This document shows, piece by piece, positions 60,451 to 64,000 of a DNA stretch of 64,000 bases. Origin of the DNA: Bacteroidia bacterium (GTDB lineage Bacteria; Bacteroidota; Bacteroidia; UKL13-3); NCBI GenBank assembly GCA_014376805.1, contig JACMQU010000117.1, positions 11,940 through 75,939 of the forward strand, read 5' to 3'. The notes beneath the pieces are model-generated. The model was given only the letters and a program-made list of their open reading frames with translations, had not been told where the DNA came from and did not search any database. The translations under genes were made by a program, and so were the position numbers. Within the stretch, counting starts at the first letter, position 1. Every line of letters starts with the position of its first letter.

Positions 60451-60524
60451 ATATGATTGAATGAAATTCGGAATTATTGTTTTTCTGAAAATAATTAATA
60501 TTACCTAAATCTATCTAAACAAAC

Positions 60525-61073
60525 ATGCAAACCTATATTTCTATTCTTAGAGGCATAAATGTAAGCGGACATAAAATGATGAAAATGGAAGCATTAAATG
60601 CCCTGTTTGCAGAGCTCGGTTTTAAGAATATTAAAACCTATATTCAAAGTGGAAATGTTGTTTTTCAGTTTAAAGAAACCCCTACCGATGTCCTTGAAAA
60701 AAAGATAGCTAAAAAAATAATTGAAGCGTTTTTTTTTGAAGTTCCGGTTATCGTAAAAAAGTTTATTGAAGTTGAAACTATATTAATAAATAACCCTTTT
60801 TTAAATTCACGCAAGGAGGATCCAAAATTGCTTCACTTAACATTTTTAGCAGCAAAGCCTGAGGAGGCCGAATTAGATAAAATAAAGAGAGGAAACTATG
60901 GTGCTGATGAATTTATAGTTACAGATAAAAGTATTTATTTGTTTTGTCCAGAAGGATATGGAAACACTAAATTAAGCAATAACTTTTTTGAACGTAAATT
61001 AAAACTTACCGCTACCACAAGAAACTGGAAAACTTTAAATGAATTGGTAAAGATAGCAAAAGAAATGGCGTAA
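60525..61073 (+). CDS. DUF1697 domain protein
   Basis: LRGINVSG, TYIQSGNVVF, TTRNWKT. Confidence 0.9.
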   Translation: MQTYISILRGINVSGHKMMKMEALNALFAELGFKNIKTYIQSGNVVFQFKETPTDVLEKKIAKKIIEAFFFEVPVIVKKFIEVETILINNPFLNSRKEDPKLLHLTFLAAKPEEAELDKIKRGNYGADEFIVTDKSIYLFCPEGYGNTKLSNNFFERKLKLTATTRNWKTLNELVKIAKEMA

Positions 61074-61487
61074 GAATTTTCTTTTTAATAATGGATATTT
61101 TCATTACACTTACTGGCATGCCTGTAAGGTGATATTAAATTTATTTTAAAAAATATCAGTCGAAGCTTTTACCGATCTGGTTTTTCTGCTTTACTTTTTT
61201 TCTAACAGTTTTAGTACTTTTACAGCTTCTTTTATTCTGTATAATTCTGCTACTTTATAAGTGCTTTAAATTTCTAAATATTTATTTTGCAGATAACGAA
61301 TTTTCATTTATTGATAGATATTTAAACCTCTTCTTTAGTTATACTTGAAGTCTTAAGATATTTACAATTTTCGATCTTTTTTTTTAAATTTCTTTTGAAG
61401 AGTTCAAAGAAGAGCTAGCCAAATTTGAGGTTAGAAAAATGATTCGTTAAGTGCCTTATTATTTATTATAAATACAGGTAAAATATT

Positions 61488-62108
61488 TTAGAATTGGTGA
61501 AGTAGAATTAGTGGTTTAAAACGGCTTTCAGTATGGATAGAAAATTCAGAAAGTATAATCCGGCTTTTACTTAAACTATTTATCTGCAAAGGCATTTTGA
61601 TGGATTCTATCATCATGCTCATGCCCTCACTGAGCAAATACTCTTGCTGGTTTAGCGTTAAATTTATACTGCCTTTATAAATATATAAATGTAAAAAATA
61701 AAATTCTTCTGAACCTATCTCTGCTGTTTGATTTGTTTCAAGAATAAGTACACGTAAACGGGAGTTGACATTTTGGGTGGTCATGATATTAAAATCGGTA
61801 CCGGTGCCCTTGCTTTCAGTATTCCAAGCGCCATTAAAAGTATCTGTTTCAAATGGAAGTAAAAGAGTTGAATAATGTCCGGGATGTTTGATAAGCAACG
61901 CACCTTCAAGTAAAATTAATTTACGGTGAATTTCTGGCAGTAAGGTAAAAACAGAATGGTATTGGGTAATAATAGCAGTACTGATGCGGAACAAAAAATT
62001 ACGGTCTGAAAAAGTTGCGGTTTCAGGATAAATATAAAGTTGTTTTGAGGTTCCTCCAGCCCATTGAATAATGTTAAATTGATCAGAATTGAACAAGGAT
62101 ACCTTCAT
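61488..62108 (-). CDS. HutD/Ves family bicupin protein
   Basis: WAGGTSKQL, FLFRISTA, SVFT.LP..R.L.LLEG, DFNIM. Confidence 0.8.
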   Translation of the reverse strand: MKVSLFNSDQFNIIQWAGGTSKQLYIYPETATFSDRNFLFRISTAIITQYHSVFTLLPEIHRKLILLEGALLIKHPGHYSTLLLPFETDTFNGAWNTESKGTGTDFNIMTTQNVNSRLRVLILETNQTAEIGSEEFYFLHLYIYKGSINLTLNQQEYLLSEGMSMMIESIKMPLQINSLSKSRIILSEFSIHTESRFKPLILLHQF

Positions 62109-62109
62109 G

Positions 62110-63216
62110 TTACCGAATATTTTTATGTGTTAACAATCTTAAATATTTTTCATCAATAGAGGCCCCTGATCCAATTGAAACCGGCATTTCAATAAGTCCG
62201 CCTTTACTATAAGTAATGCCACCGGTAACCAGGTCTTCTTCAAACATTAACGGGGTGTCAAAATCATAATAAATAATATGCTCATTTGAAAAAGCTAAAT
62301 GTGCCGCCGTTGTAAAACCCAGTCGTGATTCCAGAAAGCCCCCTAACTGCATATAAATATTTGCCTCAGCGGCCATTTTAATTATTTGCAGTGCTTTAAA
62401 AATGCCTCCTGCTTTACTTAATTTAATATTGAACAAATCTACCGCTTTCAATTGTATTAAACGATAGGCATCATGCGGGTCACAACAAGATTCATCAGCC
62501 ATAATCTTTACCGGACTTGCTCGGCTGATAGCAGGTAATTCCATGTAATTCCATCGGGCAATGGGTTCTTCGCAGTGCTGAATATTTTCATCTTTTAAGT
62601 CGTTTAAAATTTCAATAACATCTTCTGCCTGCCATCCCTGATTTGCATCAATGCGCAATGGAATGTCGTAACCAATAGCTTTTCGAATAGCTTTAATTCG
62701 CGCAATATCCATGTTCTTGCTTCCGCCTAATTTTACTTTTATTATTTTAAAACCTTTTTGTTTTATAATAATTGCATCGCTAACCATTTTCTCAAATTTG
62801 TCGTAACTGATGGTATAATCGGTAAACAATTGTTTGTTTAACTGCCCACCTAAGAACTGGTATAAGGGCTGTGCTGCATGTTGAGATGCAATATCATAAA
62901 GGGCCATGTCGAAGGCACTTTTGATGCAGTTATTGCCATAAATGGTTGTGTCCATTCTTATAACTGCATCCTGTATGGCTAATGGGTTTAACCCAATTAA
63001 AACCCTGGCCAGGTAAGAAGCCACTATATAACAAGTTTCCATACTTTCACCATGAATAGTTTTAAACGGACTACATTCCCCGAATCCCTTAAGACCATTG
63101 GAGCAATTAATTTCTATAACAATATTTTCAGCATGTGTAAACTGGCCTAAGGAGATAATGAAAGGCTCTTTCAGTTTTACCGGAACCTGATAAATTAATA
63201 TGTTTTCTATATGCAT
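62110..63216 (-). CDS. Dipeptide (L-Ala-D/L-Glu) epimerase, enolase superfamily
   Basis: PFIISLG, GFGEC, KVKLG, RIDANQGW, EEP, ADES, NIKLSK, D.D motif. Confidence 0.88.
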   Translation of the reverse strand: MHIENILIYQVPVKLKEPFIISLGQFTHAENIVIEINCSNGLKGFGECSPFKTIHGESMETCYIVASYLARVLIGLNPLAIQDAVIRMDTTIYGNNCIKSAFDMALYDIASQHAAQPLYQFLGGQLNKQLFTDYTISYDKFEKMVSDAIIIKQKGFKIIKVKLGGSKNMDIARIKAIRKAIGYDIPLRIDANQGWQAEDVIEILNDLKDENIQHCEEPIARWNYMELPAISRASPVKIMADESCCDPHDAYRLIQLKAVDLFNIKLSKAGGIFKALQIIKMAAEANIYMQLGGFLESRLGFTTAAHLAFSNEHIIYYDFDTPLMFEEDLVTGGITYSKGGLIEMPVSIGSGASIDEKYLRLLTHKNIR

Positions 63217-63349
63217 TACCTCTAAAATTATAGGGCAACATACTGTAAAAAATTAATGCTTTTTAACTGTTGAGGAATAATGTTAAGGTACTTGCCCTTA
63301 TTATCATTTGAACTTATCCAATAATTCAGAACCAGATCAGATTCGTTTT

Positions 63350-64000
63350 TTAGAAATAGATTCTGTAAAAAGGCACCGGGAAAAATCCTATCTGATAATC
63401 TGTCTGTAATTTTTGTGTTTGTGGATTCCAGTTTTGTTGTAAGATATTTTGTGTATTAAATATGTTCTGAATATCCAGGGCAAATTCCTGTGTAAAATGT
63501 TTGCTGTTTTTTTTGAAACTAAATTTCAGGTCGGTTCTAAAAAAATCTTTTTGCCTGTTTTGATAAGCATGGTAAAAATCATACACAACTACCCCTGTTT
63601 GAGCAGAGGCATTAATATCAATTGGAATATATCTTCTGCCACCTGCGTAAGTAACTTTTAAATTTAAGGCAAGTGTATTGTTTTTTGTTCTCCCTACTTT
63701 CCATTCTTTACCTGCGAGGGCATTAATTACAAAGTTACCATTAAAGGCGGTGTTTCGCCAATGTAAATCACTTGCCTGGTATTTGCTTTCATAAAAAGAG
63801 CCTGTAAATAAATAATAAAATCCTTTACTAAAAATTCTTTCTAATGTGATTTCTATACCATAGTTTTTACCTTTACCATTATTCACAAGACTATCTACAA
63901 ATACCGGTATAAAATCTGCTCCAAAATTTACTGTTGAAAAAAATGACGGATTTTGAGTAACCGGTAAATTATACAAATATTGATAATATGTTTCTGCTTT
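63350..64000 (-). CDS. TonB-dependent receptor, C-terminal part (runs off the window)
   Basis: Frame is open to base 64000 (KAETYYQYLYNLP...). G.G.NYGIE.T, alternating beta strands, DIQNIFN, C-terminal YRIYF. Confidence 0.85.
   Translation of the reverse strand, partial: KAETYYQYLYNLPVTQNPSFFSTVNFGADFIPVFVDSLVNNGKGKNYGIEITLERIFSKGFYYLFTGSFYESKYQASDLHWRNTAFNGNFVINALAGKEWKVGRTKNNTLALNLKVTYAGGRRYIPIDINASAQTGVVVYDFYHAYQNRQKDFFRTDLKFSFKKNSKHFTQEFALDIQNIFNTQNILQQNWNPQTQKLQTDYQIGFFPVPFYRIYF

Noticed and set aside
1-64000. CRISPR array, tRNA, rRNA, prophage or integrase
   Set aside because: No regularly spaced direct repeats, cloverleaf/T-loop motifs, rRNA-like tracts, phage genes or recombinase genes were seen by eye.

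Overview
AT-rich chromosomal window from a Bacteroidota bacterium. The assignment rests on TAnnTTTG/-33 TTTG promoter motifs, three T9SS C-terminal-domain proteins and Gln-after-signal-peptide (AQ) cleavage sites. Most of the window is housekeeping or metabolic: acyl-CoA carboxylase beta subunit, SRP RNA, phbB, ABC exporter, GT2 and deacetylases, desaturase, ftcD, hutI, folE/PTPS, ECF sigma, metB-like enzyme, polA, dipeptide epimerase and a partial TonB-dependent receptor. The main accessory element is a decaying anti-phage island at about 5.0-10.8 kb. It holds an EcoAI-type type I R-M locus (hsdR pseudogene, hsdM 5' stub, hsdS 3' stub). Embedded in it are an AbiF/Abi_2 HEPN toxin gene preceded by its own promoter and a GC-rich hairpin (candidate RNA antitoxin), an IS4 remnant, a SIR2-domain protein with a single-A frameshift near its start, and an intact 101-aa orphan. 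Other points of interest are a 4035-aa T9SS protein built from six ~580-aa beta-helix/Ig modules, a solitary divergent IS200-type Y1 HUH gene flanked by long hairpin-bearing non-coding DNA, a HiPIP lipoprotein with a degenerate Tat motif, a BH4-type PTPS-II/folE operon and a 7TM-DISM adenylate cyclase. All calls come from reading motifs by eye; no database searches or folding programs were run.
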